Below, piece after piece: positions 12,532-25,531 of a DNA stretch of 64,000 bases (positions are counted from its first letter, which is position 1; each line of letters begins with the position of its first letter). The stretch comes from Octopus bimaculoides (taxonomy: Eukaryota): NCBI RefSeq assembly GCF_001194135.2, contig NC_068983.1, positions 102,114,282-102,178,281 on the forward strand, in the 5' to 3' direction. The notes under the pieces are model-generated. The model searched no databases. It was not told where the DNA came from and saw nothing but the letters and a program-made list of their open reading frames with translations. Position numbers and translations under genes: made by a program.

Positions 12532-13446
12532 AATTTTTTTTTCTGTCTTAAAGTATATAAAGTTTGTGGCATAAAAAGTGGAGTTAAAAGAAAGCAAAAA
12601 CGTTGAAATATAATAAAATTCGCTTGACGATCGAACGAAATTTTATCGTTATGTAAAGAAAAAGAAGACAAGATAAACAACGCAAAATGTGAACTACTTG
12701 ATCAAGTTCGACATCGGTCTAGATAAAAAGCTTAGCTCTGTCTGATCAGAGACGGCTTTAAATCTTTTCTCTTGCTAATATCCGCAGTAAAGACCTAAAC
12801 GTCGCGTAATCATCCTAGTTCTCTGATCCAGATATAAAAATCATATAGGTGGGGTTTGGGGCACAATAAGTAATATTTACAGCATTTTTGACTTTGAGAA
12901 AAAAATTTTTTTCTTCTTTTCTTAATAAAAGTTCACTGTATCAGTTAAGCAAATGACCTTTAGAAGCATTAAAAACACTAACGTATTCAGAACACTATTT
13001 CAGAAACTTATCTCCGTTCTCTTTGAGCATATAAAAGACAAATTTAAATGGGGCAAAATGAGTAAGACAAAATAAGGTAAATTTGCCTCTTCAATTCTCC
13101 AGAATTATATCTGAAAAAAAAAAAAAAAAAAAGACTCATACACATCAATATCCATCCTCAGACATCAGAAAGATAAGAAATGCAAAGAAAAAAAAAAATT
13201 AAATATCTAGGTCATGGAAAGATGGCACATGATATGAAATTACTGGAACTCTGTTAAATCTAAAAACTCAACATAAAATATTCTCTATAGCTTCTTCGCA
13301 ATCAGCTGAAGTGACTCTCTTCAAAGAGAAATTATTGAAACTAGTCATTACTCATTTTGCCCCAAGTGAGACAAAGATGATGCAACACTAATGATTTCAA
13401 ACAGGCAGGGAGAATGAATGAGTAAATACATACATACATACATACA

Positions 13447-13970
13447 TTGAACGAAGAAATAAGAACTCACAGTATGGCAGAAGCCATAGCCACTCATAAT
13501 AAAAAGGAGTACTGGTGGAATGTCCCAGTAAAAATCTCAATAAAATGTAAACATAATAGATCTGACAGTAGTTTGGGATGGAGAAGCGAAAAGGTGTACA
13601 GTTGTGGAAATCAGCTGCCCAATGGATGTTAACATAAAACTAAAGATCAGTAAAAAAGAAAATACCGGCGCTGAACTATTGAGGAATCTACAGCTACTCT
13701 ATCCAGATTACAAGTTCAGGTTTATACCTGAAATTATTGGGGCACTGGGATATGTAACACACTGTCCAAGTACATATCTTGAGAAATTTGGCTTCTCAAA
13801 ACCAGAAAAGAGAAAGCTGATTCGAAGACTACAGATCCAAACCATCACTGGAACTGTAAGGATCTGTAAAACTTTCCTGAATTTTATCATTTAAGTATAA
13901 ATGCGCATGTCTAGACATGCAACTATATGTGTGAGAAGACATACATAAAACAAAACATACAAAACTGCAC
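13447..13970 (+). mobile_element. Non-LTR retrotransposon 3' end with restriction-like endonuclease (R4/Dong-type), 5'-truncated
   Basis: EYWWNVPVKISIKCKHNRSD / frameshift / VWDGEAKRCTVVEISCPMDVNI...FIPEIIGALG...GTVRICKTFL. This fits the KHNRPD...VxE(I/V)xxP...P(I/V)(I/V)(I/V)GxLG pattern of REL domains. Clade assignment is from memory of motifs. Confidence 0.78.
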
Positions 13971-14026
13971 ACATGGACGTACGCACGCGCGCACGCACAC
14001 ACGAAAGCGCGCGTGCACACAGAAAG

Positions 14027-14525
14027 GAGAAAGCTGATTCGAAGACTACAGATCCATTGGAACTGTAAAAAATTTTAAAACTTTCCAGAAGTTCTTCATT
14101 TAAGTATATATGAGCATATCGAGATTTGCTAGTATATGCATGAGAAGTCATGTATGAAACAAAACATACAAATCCTTAATTCATAAGCTACAAATGATCA
14201 TGATATTTTGGGACTATAAAAATCTGTAAGACCTTAAGATTTAAAAGATGACGGTTAAATCAGGATACTTTGCTACCAAGTCAATGGCTAGTCAAAATTT
14301 ACTCTAAATTAAAAAAAGAAAGAGAAGACATACATATGATGCAGGTACCTATGTACCTATCATCATAGGTGCATTAAGTTATGTATAAACAAAATTGCAC
14401 AAAAACCTAGAAATACTCGGTTTTACAGTGAAAGAGCAAAAAATTTATGCATAATCTCCAAATCCAATTTATTAGTGATACTGTGAAGATTTGTAAAACG
14501 TTCCAATAATTCTCCATTTGAGATT
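14027..14525 (+). mobile_element. Two further, more diverged copies of the same REL-element 3' end (about 14027-14175 and about 14340-14525)
   Basis: gagaaagctgattcgaagactacagatcca is repeated from 13810. The third copy translates VPIIIGALSYV*TKLHKNLEILGF...LQIQFISDTVKICKTF. Confidence 0.7.
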
Positions 14526-15865
14526 CTTACGTGAATAGATGCACACACTTGGATGTATGCATCGACAATTCAAACCAACACACGTACTCAATCACATATT
14601 TACAAACTGGGAACTCTCTCAACTCAAACAGTGTTGTTGCTTTGTTAGTGACTGGCTTGTACATTCATCCATCCGTCCGTCCGTACGTACATACATACAT
14701 ATGTATATTTTTTCACATGAAGTATTTTGTTGAAATGACCAAATGCAACCTCGATATGACATGTATCTATCAACACTGTTAAAAGTAAAGATAAATTAGT
14801 ACCATCTTCCTAGTACACACTTTTAACATTAGGTTATGTCAATCACATATATAAATTTGGAGACCTATTTAATCAGCAATCGTTTATTTCACCATCCTCA
14901 TCATTATTAAAATTGGAATATGATTCTGCAATGTTGCCAAACTCTGTTGAATGGTTAACAATTTGCAGACATTCCAAGAGCATGTGGAGTAGCATAACTA
15001 CCACCACACGACCAGACAGGGAAACACGTACGCAAGAGCTGGATAAACATGCTACAGGTTAGAACTTCACTAAGTCTGAATCAGTTATTTCCCCCAAGAA
15101 GTATAATGCAAACCTACGAAGGTTCCTCTAAGCGGTTGCTCAACTACTATAAATAGCTGTCAAATCTCACTAAAATTATGTCCAAGAAATTGGATAACGT
15201 AGTTATCCAATAAAAAACGAAAGGAAGAAAAAAAAAAGACAGGATCAATATAGCTGGAACAGCTTTGGTCATAGGTCTACTAGGTCAGAATTGATCAGAA
15301 ACATGTGGTATGCGTATGTATATGTATGCAGAAATATTCGCAGCTAGTGGTATTTGTAATCTGCACAATAATTATTTGCATTTGTAAAGATTTTTTAATG
15401 TAGAGACACCTTTTCCTTCCTTTGATGTTATGGAGGTTTACTTTGCACGTAATATCTATTAAACCATATCCAGTATAATTGATCGCAATGATCATTTTGA
15501 TAGCTATGAATTAGTGATACCGAGATCAATGACTTATGTGCACTGCTTGCTTATGTTTAAATAGACGTTGAGTGACACTTGTAAAGAAGAAAGTGAACAA
15601 TAGGTGTCATGTCAAATAATTTAACTCTATGTTCACCACAAGTATCTTTTGGTTCAGTTTCAATTGTGGTCTTTTAAGTGAAAAAGTGCTTGAAATACTC
15701 TAAACTTCGGACAATATTACATTGAAAAGAAGATAAAATGACTTGAATGTTTCTACTAATAATTATCTGTAGTTTAAATTTTATTTTCATTTATTTTTTT
15801 CTTTCTTACTTTAGTCACAAATCAGTGTCGGTTGGTGTCTGTAGTTAAGTATAATTTTATCTAAC

Positions 15866-15902
15866 ATGGAGGATGACGTGTTACAGCAACTCAATTCAGA
15901 TG
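15866..15902 (+). CDS. COG5: COG5 coding exon 1 ([12 protein letters not shown])
   Basis: ATG with an upstream in-frame stop; donor G|gtaaat, phase 1, fits the next exon. A possible acceptor at 15814 suggests an unlocated non-coding upstream exon. Confidence 0.8.
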
Positions 15903-18900
15903 GTAAATATTTACGAAGTTACCTCGTTTATTTAACTATTTTGCAGTCTAAAGTCTGTTTGCTTTTCGTAAAATTACAAACTCTGTTTATACAGCCTAAA
16001 TTTGCTTCACTATCGTAATTGAATGATAAAATAATACGCAGGATATTTCATTGTTTTATTGACAGTGGTAAACTAATTGTTGTTATGTTTGATCTCTTGA
16101 CGACGGACACACCTGCAGCTATTAAACTCTGGGATGATAAAGTGTTGAAGTATATATATATAAAGAAATCTGCTGATTCTTAAAGGAGTATGGGGCAGAA
16201 AGTTATGAGAAATATGTAATTTGTCATCATCGAGTTAAAATGAATTGAAGTAGGCAGGTGTCTGGAACATGATACTCATTGTAATGTATGGCTTAAAATC
16301 ATTAGAATTAATTGTATGGAGGAAACCCAGTAAATGTTTTAAGGTGTAACTTTTAGCCGCACAAAATAAATAATAGTTTTTTTTTTTCGTATTTTCAGAA
16401 AAATAGCATTACGTTGAAGCACCAAGCAGCTATTTAACACATACACACACACACACGCAAGTGCCTTCGAAAAAATACCTTGCAATTTTTCTTCCGGCTC
16501 TCTTTGGTCTGATTTCAAATGTTGCCGAACTCAGTTTTGTCATCCATCATTTTGATGTTGATGAAATAACGTACCATCTAGGATTGAGATCGATGGTATC
16601 CACCAATTCCCTTCCCACAAATTTCTGGCGCTGTACCTGTATAAGAAACTACTACTACTCATTTATGCATTCGATAGACTCTCTTTTGAGAGTTTATCTT
16701 TCTGTCAGAAATATCACTTGTGTTTAATCGAAGCTGGTGACCTACTGAATTATGTAGATTACTTACAAACAATGTTTATTTCTCACTGTGCTGCGTTTAT
16801 TCTCAGGTCGGCAAGCTGGCAAAATCATTAGCACGCTAGGCGAAATGCTTAGCGGTATTTCGTCTGCTGTTACGTTCTGAGTTCAAATTCCTCCGAGGTC
16901 GACTTTGCCTTTCATCCTCTCGGGGTCGATTAAATAAGTACTAGTTGCGCACTGGGTTCGATGTAATCGACTTAATCCCTTTGTTTGTCCCCTCTCTGTT
17001 TAGCCCCCTCCCCCTGTGGGCAGTAAAGAAATAAATTTTTCACTGTTCGACAATCTGTTTATTAATCTTTTCAGCTAATTTCGTATCAATACTGTTTATC
17101 AATATTAATTTATACAACATTTAAGATGATAAAATTTACTACTTTAAATTGAAGTAAAAGTTTATCTTGTATAACTATTACTACACATTACTGCTTAATT
17201 CCAACTCCATTTGTCATCATTTCAATGACTCAGTGAGAAGTTTTTGATTAATTTTATATTTCTTTTCTTTAGAAACCTTCAGCCCATTCCTGGACGATAA
17301 GTTTGATGTCAAAGCTCATGCTAATAAAACTATCCAAGGAATTGCTATAGGGGAACAACTTGCAAAACTTACAGATGGCATGGCCATATTGGACAAGGAG
17401 ATCCATAATCAGGTCAGAAAATCTCTTATTAGTTAGTTGTCGTCATCATTATCGTTTAGCATCAGTTTCCCATGCTAGCATAGGTTAGATGGTTTGACTG
17501 GGACTGGTAAACCAGAGAGCTGAACCAGGCTCCAGTCTAATTTGGCTTGATTTCTACAACTGGATGCCCTTCTTAATGCCAACCACTCTGAAAGTGTAGT
17601 AGGTGCCATTCACATGTGACTGGCACTGGCCACAAATCACCACCACAAATCACCAAAGATCTCGGTCACTTGTCATCACCTCCATGAGACCCAACATCCA
17701 AAGATCATGCTTCACCACCTTGTTTCATGTCTTCCTGTGTCTACTTCCACAGGTTCTCTAGCGTATATATTAAGAGCATGACTAGCTTTTGAGTTAAGGT
17801 TTATAACAGTCAACTAATAATTCAATGTTTTGTATCCTGTTGTACTAGTGATATAGAACCCTAATTCTTCTGTCTTGTCTACTCATCTGTAATAAGTACT
17901 GCAGGGTTGGAACCAAACTTTCACGTAAGCAGTTGGAGCACTAAAACTGAGGAGAGTTTCATTATCTTGCAGTGCTATGATGGTGACATGTCTTATATAT
18001 ACTCTCATGAAAACAAAGTCTTCTGTGGTGCCTCTACGATCCAATGGATTGTGAGACTTACCAGTATTGTTATTTTATCAGAAAGAAAGTTAAAGATGTT
18101 GCAGAAATAACACAATATTGCATTAATTTGTACTTAGTTATCAATATTTAGGTACTTGAGGGTGTCAAGCTAGCAGAATTGTTAGCATGTCAGACAAAAT
18201 GCTTGGCAGCATTTCGCCCATCTTTGCTTTCTGAGTTCAAATTCTGCTGAAGTTGCATCTGTCCTTCATCTTTTCAGGGTCAATAAAATGAGTACCAGTT
18301 GAACACTGAGGGTTGATGCAATCAACTTAACTCCTCCTCTGAACTTGCTGGTCTTGTGCCAAAATTTTAAACCAAAATTTAGATATTTGGTTACAAAACT
18401 CTTTGCAGTTGGTAAAAATAAAAACAAACATTTAAAGCATTTACTCTTTTTCAGAAATTTTGAGAAACAGATTTCTGGAACTTTTAACATTGAAAAATGA
18501 TACATTTCTGCTTCTCTTTAACTTATTCATCATCATCATCGTTTAATGTCCGCCTTCCATGCTAGCATGGGTTGGACGATTTGACAGAGGACAGGCTCCA
18601 ATCTGATCTGGCAGAGTTTCTACAGCTGGATGCCCTTCCTAATGCCAACCACTCTAAGAGTGTAGTGAGTGCTTTTATGTGCCACCGGCACGAGGGCCAG
18701 TCAGGCAGTACTGGCAACGGCCACGCTCAAAATGGTGTTTTTTACGTGCCACCTGCACAGGAGCCAGTCCAGCGGCACTGGCAACGACCTCGCTCGAATG
18801 TTTTTTTTTTTTTATAAAATTCTTTTACAATAAAATTTAAAATGTTTACATTTATTGAAATAATTATAATTTTGAAGTAAATCTTGTGACATTAAAAAGT

Positions 18901-21900
18901 TATATGTGGTGATAATACATGCTGGTACATGTTGGGGGCTTTAATACCCTAGTTTCTGGATTCAAGTTCTTCTTTGAGACTCAGCAAGGATCAATAAAAT
19001 ACCATACTGGAGGCGTTAAAAAGTTTTATTTCACCCACCAGTTTCTGAATTTAAATTTCACCCACCAGTTTCTGAATTTAAATTTCACCCACCAGTTTCT
19101 GAATTTAAATTCCTCAAGGGAGTCACTACTCTCTTACTAGAATCGATAAAATTGATACTAATAGCATAATGTGGAGCCTGTTGTTGTTTTAAAGCTACAT
19201 CTAGATCTTTAATGATTTCTACATAATTGAATGAAGAAACTGCTTCTGGCATTAGTAGCTGCTGGTTATGAAGTTTTCTTGTTCAATTTGTTGACTTTCT
19301 AGTCAATTTTATTTACACTGTATACATCATCATCATTTAATGCTGGGTCAATAAAATAAATATCGTTAATGAAAAAAATGAAATCATGTAACACACTATA
19401 GAACCAGGTATAAGAATATATATTAAGTCTTTTAATCCTGAGCTTCTGAATGCCTTTGAGCCAATATACTGAGCAATAAGTTTACAAACATACACGTAAC
19501 AGCCTCATTCACTTGAGTCTCACTCAAAATTTGTTTGAGTTTCAGCCATTGAGCAATAATTGTCCTATAACCAGTCACTAATTTTCAAAGAGTTTATCTT
19601 ACTCCAAAGTAATTGTAGTTTTATAAGTCAGAGAACATAATTGAGTGTCAACTGGGTCCAAATGATGATGTTTTGGTTGTAAGGCTTCACATGGATATCT
19701 AGGGGTTCATAGTACGAATTATATGAACTTTTTCTATATGTGTACACTCATAGAAAAAGTTCATTTTTATTTTATTATGTACAAATTTTTTTTACATTAC
19801 TTCTAGATTGTAGATCATCATGAAGATTTACTTTCCCAAGCTACTGGTGTGGAAACCCTTGAAGGTAACTGATTACAATTTGTTAAAAAAACAGTTCCCT
19901 AAATAATTGTTAAATAAATACATTGCTAAAACTTGTAAATATCTTTATATCACTTTATTTTGATTATAATTTATTTTTCAATTAATTCAAGTGAAAGCAG
20001 TTATAGTACAATTTTTGATTTCTGAAAATTTTGTTAATTTTTTTTCTTCGTTATCAGGTGTCCTTCAAATGATGCAATCAAGAATTCAGTCCTTGCTCTC
20101 TGCAATGGAACGGTTAGTTAAAAATTTTTTTTTTTTTTTATAAATTTGTTTCCTACTTGGCCATAAAACCTTTAACAGAGAGAAAAACAGAAAAAACAAA
20201 CAAAAACTTGCAGACTACAAAATCAACACATGATATAAAAAAATCACAATAGCATATCCGTCTTGTTTATTTTGAAATCTTTTTCTTAATATCAGTCTTA
20301 CCATGGTGGATTGTTTTTTTTAATGTGAATTTGATTTTGCAAATTCTTAGAGGAACTTATTTTACAGTTGAATTTTCCTCCAGTTACTAACTATTGAGGT
20401 AGACTGATACAAGTGAAGTAATGTGCATCATCTAGAAGAAACATATCACATTGCCTTGCAGCAAGGTTTGGACTCATGCCTTGTGGTATGTAGTTCAGCG
20501 CATTAATATGACAGTTTGTACTTTTAATACAATAGTTAATTTTTTTTTTGGACATTGATCTGTTTTGATGTATGACATGATATTAAGAATATTTTTAATG
20601 TGGCAAAACTCATTTAACTGATGTTTATAAGAAAGATTACAAAAAGCTCCCAAAATATTAGAATTTGTTTCTTGTTTTTTGCTAATTAAAGCTTATTCAG
20701 TTTGTTAATGTTTTGAATTAATTTTTGCCAATACAGATTGCTATTTACCACAGCAAAATTTTAAAATGTTTTGCAATTCTCTTACATCTAATAAACATAC
20801 CAACTTATACTTGACAACTGACAACTGTTTGCTGCAAAAGCATTGTTGTATCTTATTTTCAGAAGGCACAACAATTATTTTAGAAATCCTTTGTTATAAC
20901 ATCTGTTGACTTTGGGATTTTAATATTCTGGGCATTTCTAATGATCTGTTGTAAACAAGAAAGTAAATTTAACTTAATATACATTAGGGTAAAATATCTG
21001 AAGGCAGTCCTTTGATTTATTATTTTTCAATCTTATAACATACACATGTTGAGTCCAAAGCACTATATTTTACCCTGTTAGCTGCTGCAAATTGACATGT
21101 GTAGTATGCTCCTCAGCTAGATGAAGTATATTTGGAACAAGAGTGTGGATTGTGCTCAGTTGTTTAGCTAACCAAATGTCATAAGTCTGAGATTATACAA
21201 CACTAAGGTACATATAATAATTTGTAACTCATCCAGTATTTCATCTTGTGTAGTGCTTTAACCTTTCAGTGTTTAAACCAGCCATATCTGGCTCAATTAC
21301 TCTACCTGTTTTATGTTAAAACTGCCCAGATTCAGCTTCTCACACCTACTCTACAATGTCAGTCTAAAAATAAACAATCACATCATTGAAATCTCAAAGT
21401 TTTGGGATACTATACAACTAAGTCAAAACAATGTGAGTAAATAAGTATTACATTTGATAAGAGTAATCTGAATACTAAAGGGTTAAGGAAAGATAAACAA
21501 AAATAGTTTTTTTATTGAGATTGGTTGACACTGCTAAGTGATGTTAACACTACTTATGCAGTAATGAGGACAGATACATTCTGAAAATTTTAGTGACAAT
21601 TCTTTCTAAAATGCTTTTGTGTCTTTCTATTTTTAATTTCTTTACATAGAATTCGGTGCAAAGTAAGTGACCCATTCAACAAAATTGTAATGAGAACTGC
21701 ACAGCTAAGAAGATTACAGGTCAGGGAATTGAATTTTTAAAATTTTATTTTGAAGACTTTATTATCATTTTGAAAGTTGATTTCTTCGTTTTTGGTCACA
21801 TCTTATATATAGTGGTCAGTAAAAATGTTAGTTTAATAGTGATCAAAATTTTCAGTAGTCTAAGTTATTTGCAACTAAAAAAAATATGTCATGGTATATT

Positions 21901-24900
21901 GTATATTGATTAGAAAGAACATTTTAATATTTTGAGTAGAATTCTTCATAGGAAAATTATTAAATATTCCTTATCATTGCATAAAAATATGCTACATTTT
22001 TTCTCCTGTTAGAATCTTGTGATTATTTTTTTTATAGTTAGGCCCTAGTTAAATGAAAGCCTAGAATTATACTTTATTGAACTTGGTACTGTAACCTAAC
22101 TAGTCTGTTTTTCTACCGTTATATATTCTGACCGCTCTTACAATAATTATGAAAATGTTTGTGTACAAATGCTTGCATAAAGAATTTGAAGAATGATAAA
22201 TAAGACTAATAATGCATCTCTCATGAGTTTTAAGGGACACACAGTGTGTCTCTGTTTCCTTAGTGCTCAAAACAAAAGCTTAAGACATAATATATTTAAA
22301 GTACCATATTTGAACAAATTACCACAGCAAAAACTTGGAGAACATGTTTTTTTTGTCTGTGGCAATTCAAAGATTCACCATCATTGCTCATGTCTAGCTA
22401 TAACTGCTGTTTGTTGATAGTATAAAACGGTTGGACAGTGGGTTATTTTCTGCTGGTGTTGTGTGCACAACTCTTCTGCTCCACAGTCTAAAATATCTTC
22501 TTTGGCTATTCAATCTAAATCTATTTCTTTAGCAAATGTAGGTTCTACTGCTCTTTTATGATAACTGCTAAAAAATCAATGAATAATAATTCTCATAGAT
22601 ATAGGCGGTTCTGAAAATTAAAATACCTGATATTGTCATTGTTCAGAGTTTAAAATAAAACAAATAGGTTTAATATTTTAATGTACTCGATAAATGATAT
22701 TGAAGAATGTATGTGTATTAATAATCATACATGGGTAATAAAAATTTATTAAATGGTGGGGAAACATCATAAAGAGCTATTTAGCTTTTAAAAACAGTTA
22801 CTTCCCTTACATCATATGCCGTGCCAGCTACTGTTGCAGACGAGTCTCTTGGAGATTTTTTTTTTCTTTATCACATAAAGAATAATATAAATTGTGTATT
22901 GGTGACACGATAAGTGATTTTTTAAATATTTCTCTTCAGGAAGCTTGTGATCTTTTGCGACGGATTATTCGCATACTTTATCTAAGTAAACGACTGCGAA
23001 GTCAGCTTGAGGGAGGTGCAAGAGAGATAACTAAAGCTGCTCAGAGTCTCAATGAACTCGGTAAGAGAGCAAATTTCCTTTTTTCTTGCGTATAAAATAT
23101 GCGCGCGCGCACATTCTAATAGAAGCTAGCTCCAATATCGTAAATTATTACTGTTTCACGTCTATGATTGTTCAAATGTTTGAATAATCGGACACGTAAA
23201 CTTAGACTTACGATTCAAGAAGTTTGTAATAAGATATACACATACTGAGTATCCCAAACCATTTGTAATGCGAACAGATTTAATCATTTCCAGTCTATAT
23301 TTTTTCATTGTGACTAAAAATATTTTGCACGGCATTTGTTAAGGGTTTTCCACCTGGATAGTTATAGCTGTGTGATTAAGATGCTCGCTTTACAACCATG
23401 TGGTTTTTGGTTCAGTTCCACTGCACTACATGTTGGGAAAATGTCTTCTGCTATAGTCCTGATCTGCCCAATACCTTATGAGTGAATTTCGTTGATGGAA
23501 ACAGCGTGGAAGCCCACTTTATGTGTGTGTGTTTGTGTATGTCCACCATTCACCTCTTGACAATTGGTGCTGGTTTGTTTATATCCCTGTAACTTGGTGG
23601 TTTGGCAGATGAAACTGATAGAAGAACTAAACTTTTAAAAAATAAGTGTTGGGCTCGATTTGTTTGACTAAATCCTTCAAGGTAGTGCTCCAGCATGGCT
23701 GTAGTTCAATGAATGAAACAAGTAAAAGATGAATGTATATCTACCTATTCCAACCTAAAACATGGACATTAAATAAATGATGATGATGATATTAAAAAGT
23801 AATAATTAGACTTTTTTAAAAAAAAAACCAGCCGTAATTTGAATAAAATCTTTGTAGTTGATTGTAAACTTGTGTTCACATATCCATTTTATATTTCCTA
23901 GAGAATGTTGTCTCCCTTCGTAGGTTTCATAATACAAAGTAGCATGTAAATATGGAAGGAGAGATTCACATATTGTTTTTAATTAATGCAGATTATGTAT
24001 GTGAAGGAATGGATTTAAGTGGAATTGAGGTGATTGAAGCAGATCGTCGATTCATTAAACAAGCTCGCAAAGATGTAGAGGCACAAGCTCAGAAGATGTT
24101 GGAACAAGGAATGGAAACACAGGTGAGGCATTTGCTTTATCCGTCTGATAATAATAATGGCTGTATGTTTGTATAAAGTGCCACTTTAGTTGTTAGATCC
24201 TAAAAATCAATGTGCCACATAAAAAGCACTGGTGCTGGTGTCATGTAAAAAGTATTGGTACCGGTGTCATGTAAAAAGTATTGGTGCCACGTAAAAGGCA
24301 TTGGTGAAAGTGTCACATAAAAAGCACCCAGTACACTTTGTAGAGTGGTTGGCGTTAGGAGAAGCATCAAGCCATAGAAACTAAACTGAAACAGACTATG
24401 AAACCTTGCCATTTCTTGTTAAACTGTCCAACCCATGCTAGCATGGAAAACAGAGTTAAATCATGATGATGATGACTTTTAACCAAAGAACTAAATGACC
24501 TTTAATACGAGTAGTATGTTGGCCCTTTAACAAATATCCATTCTATACTAAATTCCTTAGCCATTTTGACCAGCAACCAAATGAGGGTTGCTAAAATTAT
24601 AAGTAGTTTAGTACATAGCTATGTAGGCAGGCTGGTACATACATTAAAAACTAAATGCATATTTTTTCTTTTATTTGTTGAATCAGTGACAATTACTTGT
24701 GCAAGTAGGTGAGATTGATGTTAATGTTCTGTTTAAAATGTTGCAGATCATTACATTCAGGAAAGATATGAGTGGGGAGACGATTTCAGATGTGCTGGAA
24801 AGGAAGAATTGGGTGTAGTGGCAAGTTGTAGTAGTTGTATGGCTAAGGAAGGGTTGGAGGCAGCAAGGGTGAGGAGAAATGAAGAGATGATTGGGTTAGG

Positions 24901-25498
24901 GTTGCCTGAATGGTGGAGGTATGAGATCAATCAGAATTGAGGAGCAGAAGTCATTATAGTAGCAATAAAAAAAAAAAGACAGAGAGAGGAGGCTATAGCT
25001 AGAGGCCAGAGTGTGTTCATTAATGTATGTGTATTTGTATATCTATCAATCTATCTATCATCATCATCATCATCATCGTTTAACGTCCGCTTTCCATGCT
25101 AGCATGGGTTGGACGATTTGACTGAGGACTGGTGAAACTGGATGGCAACACCAGGCTCCAATCTAATTTGGCAGAGTTTCTACAGCTGGATGCCCTTCCT
25201 AACGCCAACCACTCAGAGAGTGTAGTGGGTGCTTTTACGTGTCACCCGCACGGAGGCCAGTCAGGCGGTACTGGCAACGGCCACGCTCAAAATGGTGTCT
25301 TTTATGTGCCACCCGCNNNNNNNNNNNNNNNNNNNNNNNNNNNNNNNNNNNNNNNNNNNNNNNNNNNNNNNNNNNNNNNNNNNNNNNNNNNNNNNNNNNN
25401 NNNNNNNNNNNNNNNNNNNNNNNNNNNNNNNNNNNNNNNNNNNNNNNNNNNNNNNNNNNNNNNNNNNNNNNNNNNNNNNNNNNNNNNNNNNNNNNNNN

Positions 25499-25531
<33 letters not shown>

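Noticed and set aside
18530-18800. Repeated peptide ([15 protein letters not shown]) in ORFs at 18572, 25132 and 54056 suggesting a gene family
   Set aside because: It is the antisense translation of the non-coding RTE/SINE 3' tail.
24205-24330. Short spaced direct repeats superficially like a CRISPR array
   Set aside because: The units are degenerate and abut one another without unique spacers; they are the internal tandem units of the RTE 3' region. The context is eukaryotic with no cas genes.
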